Shown here in pieces: positions 38,969 to 47,924 of a stretch of 49,025 nt of DNA. Within the stretch, counting starts at the first letter, position 1; each line of letters starts with the position of its first letter. Location of the stretch: positions 1-49,025 of the forward strand of contig JBBDNW010000255.1 of NCBI GenBank assembly GCA_040877375.1, given 5' to 3'. This DNA comes from Pirellulales bacterium (lineage in GTDB: Bacteria > Planctomycetota > Planctomycetia > Pirellulales > UBA1268). Below the pieces are notes generated by a model, which saw only the letters and a program-made list of their open reading frames with translations, ran no database searches and was not told where the DNA came from. A program made the position numbers and the translations under genes.

Positions 38969-40482
38969 GCCCGCGCCTGCCACGACGAATCTCCTTGAGC
39001 GGCGTGATGGTCCTGGGGTGGGCCTGCGTCGCCGCCGGAGCTGAGCTCGACGACGTGCAGCGCCAGGGCGAACTGGTCTGGGCCGCCGATCAGGAGGGGG
39101 GCGGGCCGCACGTCTTCCCCGATCCGGCCGACCCGCGACGGATCAGCGGGTTTGAGGTTGAGCTCGCGGAGTTGATCGCTGGTGAACTCGGCGTGAAGGC
39201 AAGGTTCCTGCAAGGGCAGTGGGACCGGCTGCCGCTCTTGCTGGGCCAGTCGGCCGACTGTGTGATCAACGGCATCGAACTTACCCCGGAGCGCCGCCGC
39301 GACTACGGCTGCTCGCGGCCCTACTTCGGCTACGCGCTCCAGCTCCTGAGCCGCCGCGGCGCGGCTCCCGCCTCGTTCGCCGAGTTGGCGGATCCCGGGC
39401 CATCGGGGCCTTGGCGCGTGGGCGTGCTGACCGGTTCCGCAGCTGAGATGGAGATGCGGGCACGGTTCGCGCGGGGCGAAGTGCAGGTGGAGGTGATCGG
39501 TTACGACGGCACGCTGGATTCGCTGGAGCAGCTGCAATCAGGCGTGCTCGACGCGGCCGTGATGGACGACTGTATCTTTGCCTTTTATGCCGACCGCTAC
39601 GCGAAACTGCGGGCTATCGACCGACCGTTCGCCGGCGGCTTCTATACGGTGCTCACCCCAAAGGCCACGCCAGGCCTGGCCGCCGCGATCGACGCAGCGC
39701 TCGGCACGCTGATCACCGACGGCCGGCTCAAGGCGCTCTACGACCGCTGGGATTTGGCCGGCCGCCAGCAGATGCTGATCCTTCGCGACGCTGCCGAGGT
39801 CCCCCCGGCAAGCCAGCGGACGCTCGTCGAGCTGATCCGCCAGACGCTACCGTTGCTGCTGTCGTCGGCCGGGATGACGATCGTGCTCGCGTGTGCGTCA
39901 TTTCCGCTCGCTATCGCGATCGGTCTCGCCGTGGCCATCGGGCGGCTCCACGGGCCGGCCTGGCTCGCACCGTTCCTCACTGGCTATGTCGAGGTGCTCC
40001 GTGGCACGCCGTTGATGCTCCAGCTCTATGCGATCTTCTTCCTTCTGCCGAAGGTGGGCCTCGTGCTGCCGGCACTCCTGGCGGCGATCCTCGGCCTGGC
40101 GCTCAACTACTCCGCCTACGAGTCGGAGATCTATCGCGCGGGGCTCAAAGCGGTGCCCCTCGGGCAGTTCGAGGCGGCCCTCTCACTCGGGCTCTCCAAG
40201 TGGCAGGCGCTGCGGCACGTGCTCGTGCCGCAGGCGGTGCGGATCGTGATGCCTCCGGTCACGAGCGATTTCATCGCGCTCTTTAAGGACACGAGCGTCT
40301 GCTCGGCGATCACGGTGATCGAACTCACCAAGCGGTATAGCGTGCTGGCGCTCTCGACGGGCCGGATCGTGGAGCTGGCGGTGGTGACGGCGCTGCTCTA
40401 CCTGTGCATGAGCTGGCCCTTGGCGCTGGTCTCGCGATGGTTTGAGGCAAGGCTCGAGCGGCCGGCAGGCACGACGCCCTGA
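38965..40482 (+). CDS. Polar amino-acid ABC transporter, fused substrate-binding and permease protein
   Basis: GFEVELA (SBP family 3), RGTPLMLQL, AYESEIYRAG, GQFEAA.SLG, LFKDTS. Confidence 0.9.
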   Translation: MSPRLPRRISLSGVMVLGWACVAAGAELDDVQRQGELVWAADQEGGGPHVFPDPADPRRISGFEVELAELIAGELGVKARFLQGQWDRLPLLLGQSADCVINGIELTPERRRDYGCSRPYFGYALQLLSRRGAAPASFAELADPGPSGPWRVGVLTGSAAEMEMRARFARGEVQVEVIGYDGTLDSLEQLQSGVLDAAVMDDCIFAFYADRYAKLRAIDRPFAGGFYTVLTPKATPGLAAAIDAALGTLITDGRLKALYDRWDLAGRQQMLILRDAAEVPPASQRTLVELIRQTLPLLLSSAGMTIVLACASFPLAIAIGLAVAIGRLHGPAWLAPFLTGYVEVLRGTPLMLQLYAIFFLLPKVGLVLPALLAAILGLALNYSAYESEIYRAGLKAVPLGQFEAALSLGLSKWQALRHVLVPQAVRIVMPPVTSDFIALFKDTSVCSAITVIELTKRYSVLALSTGRIVELAVVTALLYLCMSWPLALVSRWFEARLERPAGTTP

Positions 40483-40520
40483 GCAAAGAGGCCCTCAGCA
40501 AAACGGTGTGGGGAACGCGC

Positions 40521-41204
40521 ATGATCCAGGTCGAGTCGCTGACGAAACACCGCTGTGGCGTGCCGGTGCTCGACGGCGTGAGCATGGCAGGAGAGGAGGG
40601 GGGCGTGACGGCTCTGGTCGGGCCGTCCGGCAGCGGTAAGAGCACGCTGCTTCGCTGCCTCAATGGCCTAGATTGTTTCGAGGCGGGTGCGGTGTCGATC
40701 GCCGGCCACCGTCTCGCCCCCGGATCTAATCCCGGCGGTGTGCTGGAGGCGTTGCGACGGGACGTGGGAATGGTGTTTCAGCAGTTCAACCTCTTCCCGC
40801 ATCTTTCCGTGCTCGACAACGTCACGCTCGCCCCCCGCACTGTCCTCAAGACGCCCGCGGCGGAGGCCCGGTCGCGGGCCGTCGACCTGCTCGACCGCGT
40901 GGGGCTAAAGTCGTTTGCCATCGCTAGGCCTGCGACGCTCTCGGGAGGTCAGCAGCAGCGGGTGGCGATCGCGCGGGCTCTTGCCATGCAGCCGCGGGTG
41001 ATGCTCTTTGACGAACCGACCAGCGCACTCGATCCGAAGATGACCGCAGAGGTGCTCGACGTGATCGTGGACCTCGCGAAGGCGGGGCAGACGATGGTAG
41101 TGGTCACGCACGACCACGGCTTCGCGAAGCGGGCGGCCACGTGGGTCGTGGAGCTCGCCGCGGGGAAGGTCGCGCGTCAGGGCACGGCCGCCGAGATGCT
41201 GTAG
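40521..41204 (+). CDS. Polar amino-acid ABC transporter ATP-binding protein (GlnQ-like)
   Basis: GPSGSGKST, GMVFQQFNLFPH, LSGGQQQRVAIARAL, FDEPTSALDP. Confidence 0.93.
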   Translation: MIQVESLTKHRCGVPVLDGVSMAGEEGGVTALVGPSGSGKSTLLRCLNGLDCFEAGAVSIAGHRLAPGSNPGGVLEALRRDVGMVFQQFNLFPHLSVLDNVTLAPRTVLKTPAAEARSRAVDLLDRVGLKSFAIARPATLSGGQQQRVAIARALAMQPRVMLFDEPTSALDPKMTAEVLDVIVDLAKAGQTMVVVTHDHGFAKRAATWVVELAAGKVARQGTAAEML

Positions 41205-41266
41205 CGGGCGGGGGTTCAGGGCACGCGGTCGCCTCGCGACGGCGACGTATTGGCTTGGCGCGGGTC

Positions 41267-41398
41267 GGGGCTGCCCGTGCCCCGTCGCCGGACGTTCGTG
41301 TCGCCCCTCCTGAGCTCCACTCACTCGGATGCCGCCCGCGCTTCGCCATCGTGGCTGCGCTTGGCGTCATACGCCGGCTCCGGGGCACGGGCAGCCCC
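41267..41398 (-). repeat. 132-nt structured dispersed element, copy 3
   Basis: Perfect 18-bp arms GGGGCTGCCCGTGCCCCG and CGGGGCACGGGCAGCCCC; internal CCGGACGTTC and GCGCTTCGCCATC. Confidence 0.85.
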
Positions 41399-41443
41399 TC
41401 GCTGAGTTCGTGCCCGTGCAGACGTCGAGATGGACGGCGCAAT

Positions 41444-41480
41444 AAAAAAACTCCGCCCGGGGGTTTCCCCCCGGGCGGAG
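41444..41480 (-). terminator. Rho-independent terminator of the Cys-rich protein gene
   Basis: 13-bp stem CTCCGCCCGGGGG/CCCCCGGGCGGAG with a 4-nt loop, followed by T7 on the minus strand. Confidence 0.88.
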
Positions 41481-41533
41481 CTCACTGGCCGAAGTCGGGC
41501 AACAGATCTCCGTTCGACCTATTGACCGTCAAC

Positions 41534-42334
41534 TCACTTAGAGGCAACCGTCCGGACCGCCTGCGCCTTCGAGGCGGAGGCATCGGGAGTCGGCTCGGCA
41601 GCCGGGGCACAGCCCGTGCCCGCACCGCACGCCGGCTCCGCACCGCAAGCCGGCTCGCAGCAGCCGTTGCCGGCCGAGCAGTCGGGCTCACCACCGCAGC
41701 AGCTGGTGCCGCAGCAGCTCTTGCGAGCGTGCTTGGCCTTCAGCGCCGCGAGCATCTCGCGGAGCGGGTGGTGCTTCTTCCGAACACCGCAGCAAGAGGC
41801 TGCACCGCAGCTGGGCTCGCAGCAGCCAGCACTGGCGTCGCAGGCCGGCTCGCAGCAGCCGTTTCCGGCGTCGCAAGCGGGCTCAGCGCAACCATTGCCA
41901 GCGTCGCACGCCGGTTCGCAGCAGCCGTTGCCAGCGTCGCAAGCGGGTTCAGTGCAGCTGCCGCAGCAGCTACGATCCCGCTTGCACTTGGCGAACAGAC
42001 CCTTCAGACCACCAAACAGATCATGCTTGCGTGCCTTCCGGGCACCGCAGCAGCCAGCACCGGCGTCGCAGGCCGGCTCGCAGCAGCCGTTTCCGGCGTC
42101 GCAAGCGGGCTCAGCGCAACCATTGCCAGCGTCGCACGCCGGTTCGCAGCAGCCATTACCAGCACCGGCATCGCAGCCGGGCTCGCAGCAGCCAGCACCG
42201 GCATCGCAGCCGGGCTCACAGCACGAAGCACAGCCCTTGTGGCCGAGCATCCTGTCAAGGAGCTCGAAACCGAAGGACTGGCTACAAACGGTAACGCCGA
42301 GAACCAGCGCACCGAGATACATCATACGCTTCAT
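41534..42334 (-). CDS. Secreted cysteine-rich tandem-repeat protein (CCEPACDAGNG)n
   Basis: AAGGAG RBS, ATG 42334, signal peptide MKRMMYLGALVLGVTVCSQSFG, 13 EP[AGSD]C motifs, own terminator. Confidence 0.85.
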   Translation of the reverse strand: MKRMMYLGALVLGVTVCSQSFGFELLDRMLGHKGCASCCEPGCDAGAGCCEPGCDAGAGNGCCEPACDAGNGCAEPACDAGNGCCEPACDAGAGCCGARKARKHDLFGGLKGLFAKCKRDRSCCGSCTEPACDAGNGCCEPACDAGNGCAEPACDAGNGCCEPACDASAGCCEPSCGAASCCGVRKKHHPLREMLAALKAKHARKSCCGTSCCGGEPDCSAGNGCCEPACGAEPACGAGTGCAPAAEPTPDASASKAQAVRTVASK

Positions 42335-42799
42335 CGAGCCACATCTCCTTTGCTTATGAATCACCGGTGTGCTCGTCCCGCTCGCGACGCTGTCACCCCG
42401 AGGTTGTGATTCACGAACTTTCCGCGGCAGGCCTGTCGAGCCATTCCGTGACTCGATTGATCGCAGGTTGTTGCCGCCCCCTGGTTGCCCGACGGGCACA
42501 GTGATGCCCCGGGGGACAAGTGGGCTATCGGCGGCCAGACCGAAGGGGCTTGAACCACACCCAAGTTTTTTGAACATCAACACTTGCGCGTGACTGTCAC
42601 GTTGAGAATGACGCGTGTGTCGGGTGCGCAAAGCCTGCGCTTTGAGGCCGCGCGATCGTCACGTCTTCACGTCACGGTCGTCGACAACCGGCAAGGTTTG
42701 CCACGGCGGAGGGCCGTGGTGGAAAACCCTGCGGCCCAGGCAGGGCTCAGTCGGTTTGGTTGACAGCCTCTGCCCGACCCTTACACTCTGCCCTTTGAC

Positions 42800-42994
42800 T
42801 CTGGTGGCCGGCCTCGCGGGCTCTTGCGCGGTTGGCAAACAGGGAACTCCGGTGTGATTCCGGGACGGCCCCGCCGCTGTATCCAAGCGTTTGAGGCTGG
42901 CTGTTATCAGGCCATTGCCGGCTTTCGTCCATCGGGGCGGTCCGGCGAGAAGGCATGCAGCCGGCTGAGCTTGGGAGTCAGAAGACCTACCAGA
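42800..42994 (+). ncRNA. Cobalamin (B12) riboswitch
   Basis: P1 TCTGGT/ACCAGA; AGGGAA-CTCCGGTGTGATTCCGG-GACGGCCCCGCCGCTGTA; GCCATTG...GAGAAGGC; B12 box GAGTCAGAAGACCTACC. Confidence 0.92.
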
Positions 42995-43163
42995 TGTCAT
43001 GGGTTCGCCGAACCGCGAGGGCGGGACGACGAGCACGGCCGCGAGGCCGTTCGTCTGCTCTTCGAGATCCGCTCCTGCACGCTTCGCTCCGCCGCGGTTG
43101 CGCTCTGCTTTTGCATGCGCAGTCGTCGGTGCTTTGCGATGTGTTGCTTTGCGCCTGCACTTT

Positions 43164-43994
43164 ATGGATACGTCGTCCGCATCGCTGGGAGGTTCGCGTG
43201 GCCGGCCGGCTATGACGCTCGTGGAACTGCTCGTCGTCATGGCAGTGATCGCTGCGTTGGTAGCCCTGCTCCTACCCGCGGTGCAGGCGGCCCGCGAGGC
43301 GGCCCGGCGGATCTCCTGCATGAACAACCTGCGGCATATTGGCTGCGCGATGCACGGCCACCTTCTAGCGCGGCGTGCGTTTCCCGTGGGGTGCACCGAG
43401 TGGCGGTCTCCGGGCAAGTCAGGTACCGAGCGGTGCCTGGCGTGGAGCGCACGGATTCTTCCCTGGCTCGAGCAGGAATCGGTCGCCGACATGATCGATT
43501 TCGCCAAGGCCTTCGATCATCCCGTCAACGCCACGGCGGCGGCCGTGCCGCTGGCGATCTTTCGCTGTATATCCGCGGACCGGCCTAACAACCTCGTGGC
43601 CAGCATGGGCCGCAGTGACTACGGCGGTGTGACCGGGGAGCGGATCGTCTCACCCAACAACCCCGAGAAGGGTGTGCTCGTCCATGACCGTGGCTTCGCG
43701 CCACGGGAGGTGGGTGACGGCCTGTCCCGCACGATTCTCGTCGGCGAATGCGCGGCGGGCAGTTGGTCGGACGGCCAGTGGATCAATGGGCGAAACCTGT
43801 TCGATCAGGCGTATGCCGTCAACTGGCCGACCTGGGAGGACGAGCTCCGCAGCCGCCATCCTGGTGGTGCCCATGCGATCTTCGGTGACGGTGCCGTCCG
43901 ACTCATCGCCGACCAGACCGACCCGCGCGTCGTCGCCGCCGCCTGTACAAGAGCCGGCGGGGAGTCGCTCCCGACAGCAGGAACGATTCCATGA
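43164..43994 (+). CDS. DUF1559 prepilin-like (type IV pilin N-terminus, H-X9-DG) protein
   Basis: A|MTLVELLVVMAVIAALVALLLPAVQAAREAARRISCMNNL, ILVGE, RHPGGAHAIFGDGAV. Confidence 0.92.
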   Translation: MDTSSASLGGSRGRPAMTLVELLVVMAVIAALVALLLPAVQAAREAARRISCMNNLRHIGCAMHGHLLARRAFPVGCTEWRSPGKSGTERCLAWSARILPWLEQESVADMIDFAKAFDHPVNATAAAVPLAIFRCISADRPNNLVASMGRSDYGGVTGERIVSPNNPEKGVLVHDRGFAPREVGDGLSRTILVGECAAGSWSDGQWINGRNLFDQAYAVNWPTWEDELRSRHPGGAHAIFGDGAVRLIADQTDPRVVAAACTRAGGESLPTAGTIP

Positions 43995-44827
43995 TCAAAC
44001 CACTTCGCGTTGCACTCCTCGCTTTTGTGACGGGTCTGGTCTTGTCAGGGGCAGGTGCCGAAGCCGCAGTCGTCGATTTCGAGGATCTCAAGGTGCCGGC
44101 CGTGGGGTACTTCGACGGTGACCCAGGCACCCTCGCGCTGGGGCAGTCGGTGGCGGTGCCGTGGACCTCAACCAGCGTCTCCTTCTCCAACACGTATGGC
44201 ATCGACGCCGACTATGCGTTTGCCTACTGGTATGGCTTCGCGTATTCGAACCAGTCGACCGTCATCAGCGGCACGGCGCAGGGCGACTTCGCGGACCAGT
44301 ATCTCTCCCTTCCGGGCGGTGGCTTCGCGTCGAGCACTTATGCCGTCGCCTACGCCGACAGTGCGACCGTCACGTTCCCAGCGGCTGGGTCTGTCGCTGG
44401 ACTTCAGATCACCAACACGGCCTATACAGGGCTCACGATGCTCAATGGCGATCCATACGGCTTCTCCCGGCCGCTGTCCGCAGGAGGCTGGTTCGCCACA
44501 ACCGCCACCGGGAAACTCGGCGGCATAACCACGGGCTCGGCGACCTTTTATCTCGCTGATCTACGCACCGGCACGTCCCCCGGAGTCCTGACCACGTGGG
44601 CCTGGTTCGACCTCGCCGCGCTCGGCACAGTGGATCAGGTCGAGTTTGTGTTCGAAGGTTCCGACAAAAGCACGTTCGGCCTCAACACGCCGGCCTATTT
44701 TGCGATGGACAATCTGACGTTTTCTGCTGTTCCTGAGCCGGCGACGGCCACCGCGCTCGGGCTGGTGGCGTTCGCGGCGCTCGCCAGGCGTGCGCATCGC
44801 GTGCGGAGCCGCCGTCGCGATGCGTGA
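43991..44827 (+). CDS. DUF4465 domain protein with PEP-CTERM anchor
   Basis: Signal peptide, VDFEDL, YWYGFAYSN, YAVAY, ITNTAY, GLNTPAYFAMDNL, then VPEP-TM helix-RR; ATGA overlap with the upstream gene. Confidence 0.85.
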   Translation: MIKPLRVALLAFVTGLVLSGAGAEAAVVDFEDLKVPAVGYFDGDPGTLALGQSVAVPWTSTSVSFSNTYGIDADYAFAYWYGFAYSNQSTVISGTAQGDFADQYLSLPGGGFASSTYAVAYADSATVTFPAAGSVAGLQITNTAYTGLTMLNGDPYGFSRPLSAGGWFATTATGKLGGITTGSATFYLADLRTGTSPGVLTTWAWFDLAALGTVDQVEFVFEGSDKSTFGLNTPAYFAMDNLTFSAVPEPATATALGLVAFAALARRAHRVRSRRRDA

Positions 44828-45656
44828 ACGCGACCAGCATGCGCACGAGCGGGCCCGGGCGATTGATCACAACGCCCGCGCCTGGGATCGGCTCGCGGCG
44901 GGTGGGGCGGCCCTCTCGCGACCCGCCATCGACGAGGCCTTTGGCGATCCGCGTGGCTGGCTCGGGAGTGGAGGCACCACCGGCCGGCCGTGGATTCCGG
45001 CGCGACTCGACGGGCTCGAGGTGCTCTGTCTGGCCGCTGGCGGCGGCAAGCACGGCCCGCTTTATGCGGCGGCCGGGGCCCGCGTCAGCGTCGTTGACAT
45101 CTCCCCCGCGATGCTCGCGCTCGATCGGGCGGTGGCCCGGGAGCGGAAGATCGACCTTGCGATCGTGCAGGGCTCGATGGACGACCTCACGATGTTCGGG
45201 GCCGGACGGTTCGATCTCGTCATCCACCCGGTGAGCACTTGCTATCTGCCCGATGTCGCGGCCGTGTTTCGGGAGGTGGCCCGGGTCACGCGTCCCAGCG
45301 GGATCTATGTGAGCCAGCATAAATCGCCGGCGAGCCTGCAGGCGTCGGGTGAGCCGAATGCTGGCGGCCGTTACGAACTCGAATATCCGCAGGCAACCGG
45401 CGAGCCCCTGCCGCCCGCAGCCCCCTCACGGCTGCGCGAAACCGGCACACACGAGTTCATCCACTCGCTCTCAGCCCTGTGCGGCGGGATCTGCGCCGCG
45501 GGCTTCGTGATCGAGGACGTCTATGAGCCTGACCATGCGGCGCTGGCGGCAAAGATCGGCTCGTTTGCCCACCGTGCCATCTTCATTCCGCCGTATCTCC
45601 GTGTGCTCGCCCGTCGGCGGGCCGATGCAGAGCCGCGGAAAGTGCTGGTACAGTAG
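44820..45656 (+). CDS. Class I SAM-dependent methyltransferase
   Basis: VLCLAAGGG, VVDISPAML, FDLVIHPVS, RVTRPSG; start overlaps the DUF4465 stop. Confidence 0.85.
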   Translation: MRERDQHAHERARAIDHNARAWDRLAAGGAALSRPAIDEAFGDPRGWLGSGGTTGRPWIPARLDGLEVLCLAAGGGKHGPLYAAAGARVSVVDISPAMLALDRAVARERKIDLAIVQGSMDDLTMFGAGRFDLVIHPVSTCYLPDVAAVFREVARVTRPSGIYVSQHKSPASLQASGEPNAGGRYELEYPQATGEPLPPAAPSRLRETGTHEFIHSLSALCGGICAAGFVIEDVYEPDHAALAAKIGSFAHRAIFIPPYLRVLARRRADAEPRKVLVQ

Positions 45657-45958
45657 TGCCGGAGACCATCATGATCTGCTTGACCATTCTTCTCACTGCC
45701 AAGGACGCGGCCGACGTGCCGATGATCCGGGATCTGCTTGTGCAGGCCATGCACAAGAGCCGAGCCGAGCCCGGCTGCCTGCGGTTCGACATCTATCACT
45801 CGACGGCTGATCCGCGACGGTTCACGCTCGTCGAGCACTGGGCGTCGCAGGAGGCGATCGACGCCCACCGGCTCGCCGAGGCCTACACCACCATCTACAA
45901 GCCGCAGGTCATGCCGCTGGTCGACCGCGAGGGGCATCCTGCGGAACTCCTGGAATGA
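45656..45958 (+). CDS. ABM/putative quinol monooxygenase family protein
   Basis: SRAEPGCLRFDIYH, LVEHWAS.EA.DAH. Start is GTG 45656 or ATG 45671. Confidence 0.85.
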   Translation: MPETIMICLTILLTAKDAADVPMIRDLLVQAMHKSRAEPGCLRFDIYHSTADPRRFTLVEHWASQEAIDAHRLAEAYTTIYKPQVMPLVDREGHPAELLE

Positions 45959-46045
45959 AATGAGGGACGGGAGCGAATTTTCTGCGCTGGTGTCATAATC
46001 TCCGACCACGATTGGGTGAAAAACCGCTCCCGTCCCTCATTTCAT
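45955..46045. repeat. Perfect 21-bp inverted repeat spanning the whole intergenic region
   Basis: ATGAAATGAGGGACGGGAGCG (45955-45975) and CGCTCCCGTCCCTCATTTCAT (46025-46045), with a 49-bp spacer. Confidence 0.85.
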
Positions 46046-46640
46046 GATCCTGCTCATCGACAACTACGACTCGTTCACCTGGAACCTCGTGCAGCGGTTC
46101 GGGGAGATCGCCCCGGGCATTCCCGTCGAGGTGCATCGCAACGACAGGGTCACCGGTGACGAGATCGCCGCGAAGTCCCCGAGCCATCTCGTGATCTCGC
46201 CCGGGCCCTGCACGCCCGACGAGGCGGGCATCTCGTGCGACGTCGTGCGGCGGTTCGCTGGACGGATGCCGATCCTCGGGGTCTGCCTCGGCCACCAGTC
46301 GATCGGCCAGGTGTTTGGCGGCACGATCGTGCGGGCCAAGCAGCTCATGCATGGCAAGGTCGATCGGATCGAGCACACGGGCAAGGGATTGTTTGCAGGT
46401 CTGTCCTCGCCGATCGAGGCCACGCGATACCACAGCCTCGTGATCGACCCGCCCACCCTGCCCAAAGACTTCGAGGTCGACGCCTGGGCCCGGGCGCCCG
46501 ACGGCTCCCGTGAGATCATGGCGATCCGCCACCAGACGTTGCCTGTCTTTGGCGTGCAGTTTCATCCTGAGAGTTTTCTCACCCCCGCCGGCTACGACCT
46601 CCTGCGGGCTTTTCTTCGCAGCGGTTCTCCGCTGGTGTGA
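46044..46640 (+). CDS. trpG: Anthranilate/aminodeoxychorismate synthase component II (TrpG/PabA)
   Basis: MILLIDNYDSFTWNL, ISPGPCTP, GVCLGHQ, RYHSL, GVQFHPES. Confidence 0.92.
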   Translation: MILLIDNYDSFTWNLVQRFGEIAPGIPVEVHRNDRVTGDEIAAKSPSHLVISPGPCTPDEAGISCDVVRRFAGRMPILGVCLGHQSIGQVFGGTIVRAKQLMHGKVDRIEHTGKGLFAGLSSPIEATRYHSLVIDPPTLPKDFEVDAWARAPDGSREIMAIRHQTLPVFGVQFHPESFLTPAGYDLLRAFLRSGSPLV

Positions 46641-46649
46641 CGGGGCGAC

Positions 46650-47924
46650 ATGATCGATCTCGACAAGGCGCTCGAACTCTTGGAGCGCGCGGCGGCGCCG
46701 CTGCCGCCGCGACGGCAGCGGCTGCTCGACGCGGTTGGCTGCAGGCTCGCGGCAGCGGTCGTCTCCGACGTCGATTCGCCCCCGTGGGACCGGGCCATGA
46801 TGGACGGCTTCGCGGTCCGGTCGGCCGACCTCGCCGATCGGGCCGGCGGCCCCGTGGAGTTCGACGTGATTGTCGACCTCGCAGCTGGTGACGTGACCAC
46901 GCTGGTGATCGGCAGCGGAGCGTGTGCGCGGATCATGACCGGCGCCCCGCTTCCGCCGGGCGCCGACGCCGTCATCCCGATCGAGTCAGCGGTCGAGGGC
47001 ACGGCGACAACGCATGCGGGGGGCCGCGTCCGGCTGCATGAGCCGAAGTTCCGTCCGGGGCAGCATGTGGGCCGGCGTGCCGCCGCGTTTCGTGCGGGGC
47101 AGGAGGTCCTGCCTGCCGGAGTGTGTCTCACCGCGGCGGGCATCGGCCTGGCGGCCGAGGCCGGGGCCACGCATGTGCTCGCCGCCGGGCGGCCGCGGGT
47201 CGCGATCCTTTCGACGGGCAGCGAGTTGGTGTCGCCCGACGCCGTGCCTGAGCATGGACAAACCCGCAACTCCAACGGGCCGATGCTCGCGGCCGCCGTC
47301 GCGCTACTCGGTGCCGAGCCCATCCCGCTCGGCATCGCCGCCGACAGCCCCGAGGCGATCCGTGCGGCCGTTGCGCAGGGGCTCGCCGCCGACATCCTGA
47401 TCCTCTCCGGGGGCGTCTCCGCAGGCGACCTCGATCTCGTTCCAGCGATCTTCGCGATGTGCGGCGTCGAGCAGGTGTTTCACAAGGTGCGGCTCAAGCC
47501 CGGCAAACCCGTCTGGTTCGGCCGTCTCGACCGGGGCCCCGGGCAATCGCCCACGCTCGTCTTCGGACTCCCGGGCAATCCCGCTAGTAGCCTCGTCTGC
47601 TTCGAACTCTTCGTGCGGCCAGCGGTGGCGATCCTCGCGGGCCGGCCGCGCGACGCGTGGCACCTGCCGCGGGTTCGTGGCGTGCTGACGGCGCCGGCCA
47701 AGGCCGCGGCTGATCGGCCCGTCTACCTACCGTGCCGGATCGTGCGGTCCACCGGCCGCCTCGATGTGATGCCGCTGCCGTGGACGGGCTCGTCCGATCT
47801 TGTCGGCCTCGCCACGGCCGACGGCTTGCTCGTGCTGCCGGCCGGCGGCACGGCCGACGCGGGCAGCGGTGTCGACGTGCTCCTCATCAACGAACCCGGC
47901 CGCACCACGGCCGCCACGCCATGA
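46650..47924 (+). CDS. moeA: Molybdopterin molybdotransferase
   Basis: AMMDGFAV, IMTGAPLP.GADAV, STGSEL, SGGVSAG..D, KPGKP, LPGNP. Confidence 0.93.
   Translation: MIDLDKALELLERAAAPLPPRRQRLLDAVGCRLAAAVVSDVDSPPWDRAMMDGFAVRSADLADRAGGPVEFDVIVDLAAGDVTTLVIGSGACARIMTGAPLPPGADAVIPIESAVEGTATTHAGGRVRLHEPKFRPGQHVGRRAAAFRAGQEVLPAGVCLTAAGIGLAAEAGATHVLAAGRPRVAILSTGSELVSPDAVPEHGQTRNSNGPMLAAAVALLGAEPIPLGIAADSPEAIRAAVAQGLAADILILSGGVSAGDLDLVPAIFAMCGVEQVFHKVRLKPGKPVWFGRLDRGPGQSPTLVFGLPGNPASSLVCFELFVRPAVAILAGRPRDAWHLPRVRGVLTAPAKAAADRPVYLPCRIVRSTGRLDVMPLPWTGSSDLVGLATADGLLVLPAGGTADAGSGVDVLLINEPGRTTAATP

Noticed and set aside
37009-39537. 842-aa minus-strand ORF (also 37139-38983)
   Set aside because: Antisense shadow of the GTPase and ABC genes; Ser/Arg/Ala/Pro-rich with no motifs, as expected in high-GC DNA.
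41141-42409. Plus-strand repetitive ORFs (41141-42409, 41616-42359)
   Set aside because: Antisense readings of the Cys-rich gene; RBS, signal peptide and terminator all support the minus strand.
42999-43163. N-terminal extension of the DUF1559 ORF, and similar extensions of the nuoB/C/E/G/H/I/J/K and mrp ORFs in the track
   Set aside because: They run through the riboswitch expression platform, repeats or upstream genes; downstream starts fit homology and overlap patterns better.
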